A stretch of 64,000 bases of DNA, taken from Spongospora subterranea f. sp. subterranea (taxonomy: Eukaryota). The stretch covers positions 1 to 64,000 of the forward strand of contig JAUGWO010000114.1 in NCBI GenBank assembly GCA_049724395.1, written 5' to 3'. Positions 40,619 through 51,079 of the stretch are shown in pieces (within the stretch, counting starts at the first letter, position 1; each line of letters begins with the position of its first letter). The position numbers and the translations under genes are program-made. The notes under the pieces were generated by a model. That model was not told where the DNA came from. It searched no databases and was given only the letters and a program-made list of their open reading frames with translations.

Positions 40619-41674
40619 GCCCAAATAACTATAACCAGGACAGACGATCAATACGTGTACCTGACGTTGAGTTGCTTTTGAATCACCTTACAGGAAGTTC
40701 GAGTACACTATTGGATCTTCCGCACCCGATTGCTGCTGTATTGGTACGGGCTTACTTGAGATTGGTGCTAAAATCGAGACACCATTCACTACTGTATCTG
40801 AATCGAGTCCAGACGCGGTTCAGCGATAGTTTGTTGGACCTTATATCATGTGCGTATAGCTCACCTTTGACAGGCGCAAAGGAGACGGCAACACTCAAAA
40901 AAAGATATTCCGTGCCGTCCAGAAAACCTGTATAATAATACGTGCAAACGCGGCGCCGATTGCGACAGTGATGATATCAGCTAGGAATATCAAAACCCAA
41001 GGCCTGTTGGAGCGCCCAGAAGTGATGAGCTGCACAGCCAGCCAGCCAGCCAGCCAGGTTGGGTAGGTAGCTGCACAGCCGCGTTGGCTGTGGTTGTATT
41101 GACTGAATGCCCGCAGTGCACCGACAGGTCACGGCAATCTGGCCGCTGACACCCCAGTCACGGTTGGATTCAGCAACCGTCACACCCCGACTGTCCGAGG
41201 AAGCGTCGACAGCAGCTGTCTCTGTGTCCCAACTGCACTCTCCCCGCATTATGCCCGATGGGCTCTTGCTGTTCGACTACTACACCACACCCCCGTTCAT
41301 TGCAGCTGTGTGCACCTCACTCCAATCCGTGGTTGGTTGCGGTGACGGCTATGCCTATGAGCTTAACCTGTTACCATCACCAGTCTGGTAACGTGCATCC
41401 CGGTCGTTCACGACAATTTCTTACTAACGTCAAACGCCATCAAAAATTCTCTTCTCACTCAGAATCACGTCCAATCTGCAATCACTATATGTGGTAAACA
41501 AAGAAAGGTTATAATGTATTCTGCGCATTGTGCCCCCCCCCCCTCCCGGTTCAATCCACCGAATAACTCAGTATGGTATTGAAACGTATACACCTCGGAG
41601 TTTTGAGTGGGAAATGCGCCGAAAATTACACTACAGTGGTGGTGTGTGGCAAGGTACCCAAGTCGCTGGTTAAA

Positions 41675-42988
41675 ATGACTATGGACGATGACCTCGTCGT
41701 TAGTTGCCTGGATGCCATTTCCACAACCGTTTCGCCAGCGCCATCACTGATCGGAGTACGTGACCCGGTCGTCTGGCTAAAATCGCGGCCGGTTGAGGAA
41801 TCCAACTCGTCAACGTGTTTGATTGACGCTTTGCCGGCGTGCGAAACATACGCCAATTTGGGCTCAATTTCGGTGTGCGTCCCAGCATCATTTATCCCTT
41901 TTGGGTTGCGTCCCGTCCATTGTGGTCCATCTGTAATCTATTTAAATGCGGAAGATCCAGCATTTTATTTGCAAAAGCTCCCGAGCCCAGTTCTAACGTT
42001 ATGGGTTCTTTGTCGTAATGACGAAATGACAGGTTGGGTCGCACGCCGCCTCTGGGAGACATCGTTTGCACGAAATGTCGCTCTGCGAGTGGTCGACACA
42101 GGCAAATTTGAGTTACTGGCAACGAAAGATGGCCTGGAAAATATTCTTTACGATGGAGTGAAAATCGAAATGCCTGATATCGTTCTTGTTCGAACTGGGG
42201 CTGCGATTGATTACTTTGGTCTCGCCGTTGTCCGACAACTTGAAAAAATGGGTGTCACTGTTCTGAACGGCTGTCAAAGCATTGAAATCTCTCGTGATAA
42301 GCTTCAGACAATGCAAGTCATGGCTGCTCATGGGCTTCCAATAGCCAAGACTCTACTCGCCAAGTTTCCAATCAATCTGAAAGTTGTTGAAGATCATTTC
42401 GTATACCCAATTATCGTGAAGAAAAGTTCCGGGTCCCAAGGCAAAGGAATTATTTTGGTTAAGGATCATGAAGACCTTGAAGATTTAGTTGACCTATTGG
42501 ACCCCAAGGAACCTTTAATATTCCAGGAGTTTTTGTCCCACAGCAAAGGCAGGGATCTGCGGGTCCTGGTTGTTGGTGGACGCGTTGTGACATGTATGAT
42601 GCGCGTTGCAAACAAAGGTTTCAAAGCCAACGTCCATCAAGGAGGAAGTGTTCGTCCAGTTACTATATCGCCTCAAGTTGAGTGGCTCGTTCTGGAGGCT
42701 ACACGCCTAACCGGGCTGGACATCGCTGGAGTCGACTTGCTTATCGACAAAGACACCTATAAGATCTGCGAAATCAATTCGTCCCCGGGATTCGAAGGTC
42801 TTGAAAAAGCCACAGGTTTCGACGTTGCCTCCGCGACGCTAGCCTATATCAACCTTCGAATGGGCCTGTATCGGATACCTCGCCGGCGCAATGCGAAACC
42901 TTCGCAGACCTCACTTGAGGTCGAAGTCGAGCATCATCATCGCACAGAAAACAAGACCCTTTCATCATCGTCCGAAATAAATCTATGA
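41675..42988 (+). CDS. RimK-family ATP-grasp ligase, copy 1 (intronless, N-terminal extension)
   Basis: PDIVLVRTGA, SRDKLQTMQ, IVKKSSGSQGKGI, FQEFL..KGRDLRVLVVGG, FKANVHQGG, GLDIAGVDLL, CEINSSPGFEG. An upstream in-frame ATG exists at 41573. Confidence 0.92.
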   Translation: MTMDDDLVVSCLDAISTTVSPAPSLIGVRDPVVWLKSRPVEESNSSTCLIDALPACETYANLGSISVCVPASFIPFGLRPVHCGPSVIYLNAEDPAFYLQKLPSPVLTLWVLCRNDEMTGWVARRLWETSFARNVALRVVDTGKFELLATKDGLENILYDGVKIEMPDIVLVRTGAAIDYFGLAVVRQLEKMGVTVLNGCQSIEISRDKLQTMQVMAAHGLPIAKTLLAKFPINLKVVEDHFVYPIIVKKSSGSQGKGIILVKDHEDLEDLVDLLDPKEPLIFQEFLSHSKGRDLRVLVVGGRVVTCMMRVANKGFKANVHQGGSVRPVTISPQVEWLVLEATRLTGLDIAGVDLLIDKDTYKICEINSSPGFEGLEKATGFDVASATLAYINLRMGLYRIPRRRNAKPSQTSLEVEVEHHHRTENKTLSSSSEINL

Positions 42989-43943
42989 GAAAACCTTTCC
43001 TAATCTTTTTGATCCTCTTGACATACCCGACAAACATGAACTGTCGAGTACGACAGAGGCATAGACCACAACAATCAAGGCGAGGTTCCGTCTAGCATAG
43101 CAGGTAAAACCCCTGTCTTTATGCACTGATCATCATACCCGGCCCAGGATAGTGTTGGCAATGGCGTTCCATGTCTGACTATCCAATTTTTGCTACCCGC
43201 TCGAACTACATTTGAACAAGGTATCCAACATGCCTAAGTTTATCGTCGGGCGTTACGTATTTGTGCTGCGGTTTGTTGCAGTGATGTAGAAGGTTCTATG
43301 GTTGTGGTTGTCGTTAGTGCAATTCCATTGCGCCAGTCGCCGACAAAGGCATTGTTAATCTGGTCGAAATTTTCCGACCCTTGATAGATTAGGTCACTGG
43401 AACAGGTTTGGATTTACTGAAAGCTGCAGAGCGGCGATCGCCATAGCTGCCGCCATCGTTTGGCAACAAGACGTGAACATATGGCGGGAATCTGTTTTGA
43501 AGAAACATGTTCCCAGATCGGGATTTGGATACGCCTGTGCTTTTCGCCGCCGCTGAGGTGGTTACCGATATTGTCAGTCTGCCCTATCAAAGTAAAAAGG
43601 ATTTACTGGATGCATCATACGGCAGTACTGTTTTCGACATTCCCAGCAATAAGGTTTTCATTTAGTAGTCTCAGATGGGCTTCTGATGCGGAACGATGTA
43701 CATTCGAAAGTCTTTCGCAATTCACTGTTTCACCATTTAGTGATTTTGAGAAAAGTGTTCCAGGAATCCCCATTAACTTAAAAAAAAAACTGAACTTTGT
43801 CGGGTTGGGACCAGTGTCACAGATTAGTTATATCTGTAGGTGGATAGAAATCCTCAAGGACTCTTTCACCGACTTGTTAATACACAAGTCACATGATTGG
43901 GACATGTCGCCACACCTGAAGTCGGTGATGAATTTCGCAGTGC

Positions 43944-44358
43944 GACATGTTCTTCGCAGCGTGTCGTCGCAACGTCGTCCTCGAGTGAAGCTCGATTGGA
44001 TCCTAGATATTGGAACATGCGGAACTTTGTACAGCCTAGAATCAGCGAATTTCTGGCACCATATGACGAGTTCATATCACCATGAATACAACTGGGAGGT
44101 CATGAACAAGCATCACCATGAATATGCATTGGTGGCACATGTCGGTTGTGAGGTCAAGGAGGTGTATTCATGGTAAAGCTCCTCCCAGGTGGTGCCAGAA
44201 ATTCGCTGTTTCTAGGCTGTACAAAGTTCCGCATGTTCGAATATCTCGGATCCATTTGAGCTTGACTTGAGGACGACGTTGCGACGACTGGCTGATCAAA
44301 ATTAATGCCACTCTCCACAGAGCTCGAGGCGAGGACGTGGTTGCGAAGAACATGTCGA
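43944..44358. repeat. Diverged inverted repeat of a possible transposase fragment
   Basis: 43967-44061 is the reverse complement of ~44190-44285. One frame reads ATSSSS.A.(L/M)DPRY.NMRNFVQPR in both arms. Confidence 0.8.
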
Positions 44359-44730
44359 TTTTCGGCAGCGCCAGGGACTGCAATCTGTCAATGTTGATAT
44401 TCGTCAACATACTTGTCTGGAAATTGGGCAGCAAAAACATCAAGATTTCTCTTCGAAGCGAACAATTTTGGCTCCGGCATGTCTGAGCAAGAACAAAGGT
44501 AGTGACGCAGAGTTGATAGAGCTTCACATTAGTCTTTTGGCTCAACAGGCTGTATTGAGGGAAGGAGTGCCAAGGTTTCTTCGTCATTCGATTCGATTTC
44601 GTCAGCATAAGGTAAAATCTCTAAATTTCTATAGCACTTCCTACATAAATGTCTGCTGCAAGCGGACATGTCAGCATTGCTTTCTAGGCCAAAAAATACA
44701 ACGAGACCTTCATGACGTTGAACAGAACTC

Positions 44731-46287
44731 AGTACCAAGTGTATTGAGGGAAGGAGTGCCAAGTGTATTGAGGGAAGGAGTGCCAAATGTATTGAGGGAA
44801 GGAGTGCCAAGTGTATTGAGGGAAGGAGTGCCAAGTGTATTGAGGGAAGGAGTGCCAAGTGTATTGAGGGAAGGAGTGCCAAGTGTATTGAGGGAAGGAG
44901 TGCCAAATGTATTGAGGGAAGGAGTGCCAAGTGTATTGAGGGAAGGAGTGCCAAGTGTATTGAGGGAAGGAGTGCCAAAGTGTATTGAGGGAAGGAGTGC
45001 CAAGTGTATTGAGGGAAGGAGTGCCAAGTGTATTGAGGGAAGGAGTGCCAAGTGTATTGAGGGAAGGAGTGCCAAGTGTATTGAGGGAAGGAGTGCCAAG
45101 TGTATTGAGGGAAGGAAGGAGTGCCAAGTGTATTGAGGGAAGGAGTGCCAAGTGTATTGAGGGAAGGAGTGCCAAGTGTATTGAGGGAAGGAGTGCCAAG
45201 TGTATTGAGGGAAGGAGTGCCAAGTGTATTGAGGGAAGGAGTGCCAAGTGTATTGAGGGAAGGAGTGCCAAGTGTATTGAGGGAAGGAGTGCCAAGTGTA
45301 TTGAGGGAAGGAGTGCCAAGTGTATTGAGGGAAGGAGTGCCAAGTGTTGAGGGAAGGAGTGCCAAGTGTATTGAGGGAAGGAGTGCCAAGTGTATTGAGG
45401 GAAGGAGTGCCAAGTGTATTGAGGGAAGGAGTGCCAAGTGTATTGAGGGAAGGAGTGCCAAGTGTATTGAGGGAAGGAGTGCCAAGTGTATTGAGGGAAG
45501 GAGTGCCAAGTGTATTGAGGGAAGGAGTGCCAAGTGTATTGAGGGAAGGAGTGCCAAATGTATTGAGGGAAGGAGTGCCAAGTGTATTGAGGGAAGGAGT
45601 GCCAAATGTATTGAGGGAAGGAGTGCCAAGTGTATTGAGGGAAGGAGTGCCAAGTGTATTGAGGGAAGGAGTGCCAAGTATGTATTGAGGGAAGGAGTGC
45701 CAAGTGTATTGAGGGAAGGAGTGCCAAGTGTATTGAGGGAAGGAGTGCCAAGTGTATTGAGGGAAGGAGTGCCAAGTGTATTGAGGGAAGGAGTGCCAAG
45801 TGTATTGAGGGAAGGAGTGCCAAGTGTATTGAGGGAAGGAGTGCCAAATGTATTGAGGGAAGGAGTGCCAAGTGTATTGAGGGAAGGAGTGCCAAATGTA
45901 TTGAGGGAAGGAGTGCCAAGTGTATTGAGGGAAGGAGTGCCAAGTGTATTGAGGGAAGGAGTGCCAAGTGTATTGAGGGAAGGAGTGCCAAGTGTATTGA
46001 GGGAAGGAGTGCCAAGTGTATTGAGGGAAGGAGTGCCAAGTGTATTGAGGGAAGGAGTGCCAAGTGTATTGAGGGAAGGAGTGCCAAGTGTATTGAGGGA
46101 AGGAGTGCCAAGTGTATTGAGGGAAGGAGTGCCAAGTGTATTGAGGGAAGGAGTGCCAAGTGTATTGAGGGAAGGAGTGCCAAGTGTATTGAGGGAAGGA
46201 GTGCCAAGTGTATTGAGGGAAGGAGTGCCAAGTGTATTGAGGGAAGGAGTGCCAAGTGTATTGAGGGAAGGAGTGCCAAAAGGAGTG
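44731..46287. repeat. 24-bp tandem array, ~64 near-identical copies
   Basis: Unit gtgtattgagggaaggagtgccaa with a few G>A variants and four small indels. One isolated copy lies upstream at 44551-44574. Confidence 0.98.
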
Positions 46288-46518
46288 TACTGTACGGGAT
46301 TATACATTGGTACAGTACCACCAGTGTACCACATATGAGGACTGAAATCGGAGGCCGGTGCGTCAAGTGATCGGGTGTTGATAGATGGTAGCGGTTAAAG
46401 GGTGTCGACTGTACTGTACGGGATTATACAGTGGTACAGTACCACCAGTCTACCACATATGAGGACTGTAATCGGAGGCCGGGTGCGTCAAGTGATCGGG
46501 GTGTTGATATAAGGTAGA
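46286..46518. repeat. Direct duplication with 124-bp period just upstream of RimK copy 2
   Basis: tgtactgtacgggattataca...ccacatatgaggactg...gcgtcaagtgatcggg starts at 46286 and again at 46410. Confidence 0.92.
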
Positions 46519-46563
46519 AGGGGGGTGCCGGTGATTCATTGCTGAACGGGAACGGCCAGCGTT

Positions 46564-47846
46564 ATGGATGATGACCCCTCGCTGCTTTGCTCGGTCCGAG
46601 TTGCGGTCGAGACGCCGTTGGCGGCTGAAGGACGCGAGCCCGTTATTTGGTTTAAGTCTCGACCGGCACACGAGGCAAGCTTACCGATCGCTTTGATTCA
46701 CGCTAAGCCCTCAAGTGAGAGCTACTCAAATTGTGGCTCCATCCCAGTGAATGTCCCCGCCAATTTTCTGGCATATAAGCTACGCCCGGTTCATTGTGGT
46801 CCTTCTGTAATATTCCTCAATGCTGAGGATACCCTGCATTCTATCAGATGAAGCTGGTTAATCCTGCATTAACTTTATGGGTTTTATGTCGTGATGATAG
46901 TATATCAGGTTGGGTGAAGCGCCGTCTCTGGGAAGCGTCTTTTGCCAGAAATATAACACTACGAATCGTGGATACTGGTAAATTCGAGCTGTTAGCGACA
47001 AAGGATGGCCTCGAGGATATCCTCTACGATGGCCTAAAAATCGACATGCCCGATATTGTGCTTGTCCGAACTGGCGCCTCTGTCGATTATTTTGGTCTCG
47101 CCGTTGTTCGGCAAATTGAGAAAATGGGCGTCACAGTTGTCAATGGTTGTCAAAGCATTGAAATCTCTCGTGATAAGCTTCAGACAATGCAAGTCATGGC
47201 TGCTCATGGGCTTCCAATAGCTAAAACTCTACTCGCTAAGTTTCCAATTAATTTAAAAGTTGTTGAAGACAATTTCGTCTATCCGATCATCGTAAAAAAA
47301 AGCTCCGGATCGCAAGGAAAGGGAATCATTTTGGTTAAGGATCACGAACATCTTGAGGATTTGGCCGATCTTTTAGACCCTAAAGAGCCGCTGATATTCC
47401 AGGAGTTTTTGTCCCACAGCAAAGGCAGGGATCTGCGGGTCCTGGTTGTTGGTGGACGCGTTGTGACATGTATGATGCGCGTTGCAAACAAAGGTTTCAA
47501 AGCCAATGTCCATCAAGGAGGAAGTGTTCGTCCAGTTACTATATCGCCTCAAGTTGAGTGGCTCGTTCTGGAGGCTACACGCCTAACCGGGCTGGACATT
47601 GCTGGAGTCGACTTGCTTATCGACAAAGACACCTATAAGATCTGCGAAATCAATTCGTCCCCGGGATTCGAAGGTCTTGAAAGCGCAACAGGTTTCGACG
47701 TTGCTTCGGCCACACTCGCCTATATCAAACTAAGGATGGGATTATATCGCATACCTCATCGTCGAACCTTGAAGCCGTTGATGAGTTCGTTCGAAGTTGA
47801 AGTCGAAGACAATCATCGTGATGAACCCAAGCCCAATACTGTATGA
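46564..47846 (+). CDS. RimK-family ATP-grasp ligase, copy 2 (one frameshift near 46830)
   Basis: Collinear with copy 1 from MDDD through LRPVHCGPSVI.LNAED to EINSSPGFEG. The frame break is at gataccctgca, a short C run. Confidence 0.9.
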
Positions 47847-48089
47847 TCATAGTGTTCGATATTGGTTGGCGACTAATTCAATGATGTATAAATTGTCAGA
47901 AGCATGCCCCCCCTTTTTGTGTTTTGAATGTTTGTTCAAAGCCCATTTGTACCAGGTTTGACAACGGCTGTTTGTTGTTCCATTCACCGTCTCAACTTTT
48001 TCTTCTATCGCTGTTTGCCCGGTGCCATTTTGGCGTTATACTGCACATAAATCGGTTGACGAACATGTTTCGGTTTTGGACGACATATC

Positions 48090-49583
48090 CTACCAGCAAT
48101 GTAAAGCCTGATGCCGCCACACCGATGACCTATGCGTTATTGTGAAAAACATGGCCCAACTAGCTGGATCCAATCTAACCCGGCAAATGAAGGTCCAGTT
48201 GATGTCGACGGCGTGTCCAAGCGCGATTTGTGCTCTGGTATAGCGCATTCGGCGCTTCATGATGATCAGATCGAGTTGTGTAGCCGAATCGCATCCAGGG
48301 AACATATTTGGGGCCAGATCAGGGATCTCACTGTCCATTCGGGAATTGACTGAGGCGGCGCTGATCTGATTCAGGATTAGTTGGCAGTTCCGTGTCGGTG
48401 GGAATCCAATTGAACCGACCGCGAGCAGCAGCATGATTGCGGCGATCAAGAACGCCATCAGCGTGAATGTGGCTTGATTCGCCCATCCGCCCATCCCTAC
48501 CAAAATGATCTGCCGGGACAGGAACAGCATCTGGCAAAGGGAATCCGCTGGAAAAGGGTTGGGCCAATCGCACCCACTCTACTGACCGTGGCGAAACTGA
48601 TCAGGAACAGTGCAGTTAACAGGAACGATAGCTGATCGCTGATGTATTCGATCGAGCCGGATATCTCATCGAATGATTCCATGAACCTAATCAGTCCGGG
48701 TTTCGCCTGATTAACGTGCTGTGCTTGGCACATATCGCCCTGACGAGATCGATATCAGTTCCAAATCTCTTGTTGACCGATCCGTTCCGCTAACGCCCCT
48801 TACTTTCAGCGCGTCGGTTCGTTTGATCATCATTTGGAGTATGGCGAATATGGACACGACCGGCAGGGTTAAAGTGCCCGTCGCCAACGTCAATATTACA
48901 CACAGGAACAGACGAACATAGAACGGCTCGTACAAAGGGTTGAGGTCTTCGTGGGCAACGTCAAATCGGGGCGGGCGGTGGAACCGTGGCGATTACCTGT
49001 GGCGATGTCGGGGAAGGAATAGATCGGGAGAAGGAGGATAGATATGATGAAAATAGAACTGATCACGTTCAACACGATCGTTAACGGGATCAGTTTACAC
49101 AGCAGCCCCTCGAGCCATTCGCTATCGGCCTCACACCTGATGGCCGTTCGCAACAGCCCGTGCACGAACGTATCGGAGCGGAACGATTTCCTGAGGAATC
49201 CCCTGAACACGATCAAGGCTGAACGAGATGGAGCCATTGATGCTCGAAAACAACAAGGGCACATACACATTGATTGCCAGGATCACCAGTAAAATAAGGA
49301 AATACAATATCGCTAAATACAAGTTCGGATGGCGATCGTTGAACAGGACCTCGAATGCGGAAACGACAGTGATGATGAGAGATGTTGTGTTCAGCAATCG
49401 GCACATTAGGTTGGGGCGAGCGCTTTTTGAAGTCGGAACCAGGAGATAGATGCAGAATAAGAGATATAATCGACGAGCCCATGGACCGGGGCTATAGCAG
49501 AATTGATCGGTGTCGGGTTTATCCTCCACGATCGAGATTTGTGAGGAGGTCGTGACAAACGGCGCCCTGCGCCTACCGGGCAT
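48090..49583 (-). CDS. Multi-pass (~7 TM) membrane protein with GR/OR/DUF3537-like layout; 4-5 frameshifts
   Basis: Five overlapping minus-strand ORFs stitch into ~490 aa with seven or eight hydrophobic helices. The family is inferred from topology only. Confidence 0.6.
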
Positions 49584-49779
49584 CGTCACCTCAATCTGAA
49601 ACTCACTGAGGTACTCTTGGCAATCCCTCTAAATTCCTGACTTTAAAGGCGAATCTTCGCTCATGTGATGTGATCTGACAGATTAACAATTCATCACGAT
49701 ATGGGAAGATGATCCGCCCAATTTCTACGGAAAACCAGTTCGACATTCCCGATCGACCAACAACTCTGGAGTCCGCAGT

Positions 49780-51043
49780 GTGGTCAGGCGGTGTCGGAAC
49801 GGCATAGCGCCATCCATGGAGATCAGTGTGGTATCGGCATGGGCCAGCGTCTGTGCTGGTTCGCCAGGGCCGTTATCGGCCGCCATCTCATCGGCGCTGG
49901 CGCGATCTTCGTGGGCTAGACAGCCGCTCACGGTTGACCATATCGTTCAACAGCTCCCGAGCGCCACAGAAGCCGACGTCAATTTCATATTTCGGACCCT
50001 ACCGGTATCAAAATACGTGAATAGCCAGGGTAAAGCTGGTATGAGAAGAAAAACGGCCAATTTTGTCGTCGTAATTGCAGTTAATCGGCTCTACAGAACT
50101 GGTGTTGAAGTTCCATTCGCTTGCCACGATCATCGGGGTTGACGATCTGCATATCATGGCGGTGCTTCGATCGGGGCCCGTTCAGGAATCGCACTCGGTT
50201 CGGTGGGCGATATCGGCGATGTCCCCGCGCGGGCTGACCAATGAGTTCGGCGATATCGTCCCGATTCTGATCCGGCTATTGGGCCAGCACAAACCCCACG
50301 ATACGCGTATCGCATTGGAATCGTTCCAGCTCATACTCAGAGATGTCGACCTGCCGGTTCTAAGGTGGCAATCCGCCTTGATTCTGGAGGTCTTGAAGAA
50401 AGAGGTGCAGATGCGCGATCCCGAAACGGAAGAGCTTGCAATGGCGACGTTCATCCAGGCGCTGACCAGGATTCTTCCGCGTCAGCGCCCTCGTGGCGAG
50501 GAACTCGTTCGCGCTATATCACTGATCATGAACGAGATTCACTACCTTTCGCTATCGGGAACAGATTATCTTGCCCACACCGACCGCTGCTCAGTATTCC
50601 TTCAAGCCTTTACCCATCTGCTGGCGTTGGCCGGGACGGAATCCGTTCTCCATCTCAAGATGTTCCTCCCGTGCCTGTTCGTGTTCCTGGAGCACCATTC
50701 CGATGAGGTCAAGGCGCACGCTGTGTGTTCGCTGAACATGCTGATGAAGGTCGCCTGGCCCAGAATGGGTTATCATTGCGGGAAGATCTTGGAGGGAATC
50801 GGGCGCGCAATCATTAAGAACCGCATCTACAAAGGAGACCAGCACATCACCGATATGCTGCTGGATTCGCTGGCGTTGCTCAAACAATTATCGGGACCGA
50901 AATTCGACGAGATCGCAGAACCATGTCGATCAGCTAATATACTTGACGACGTTTTCAACAGATTACCCGACACGTATAATCACGATCAGACCATCCCAAC
51001 AGTCATTAAATGGGATTCACAATTTATCTACAATAAATATTAA
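49780..51043 (+). CDS. HEAT-repeat protein, TTI2-like; start uncertain
   Basis: Helical Leu-rich sequence with HLKMFLPCL and LNMLMKVAWPRMGYH resembling the Tti2 WPR motif. Intron ~50029-50080. Confidence 0.6.
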
Positions 51044-51079
51044 ACTCGATATACATTGAGCAATCGTGTCGCCGACAGC

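Noticed and set aside
44731..46287. CRISPR array or telomeric repeat
   Set aside because: Units are head-to-tail with no spacers and there are no cas genes. The array is interstitial and the unit is not a TnAGGG-type repeat.
44529..46366. Minus-strand 545-601 aa ORFs (LGTPSLNT, LALLPSIH, WHSFPQYT repeats)
   Set aside because: These are by-products of a stop-free 24-bp unit; all three minus frames are open and there is no coding evidence.
229..49583. Programmed frameshifting or RNA editing to explain frame breaks in XRN2 (~470), SAYSvFN (~11385), PGAP1 (~18690), MINDY (~30250), HID1 (~33003) and RimK2 (~46830)
   Set aside because: There is no shared slippery motif, the directions are mixed, and most sites are short homopolymers. 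Long-read indel error is simpler; short-read polishing would decide.
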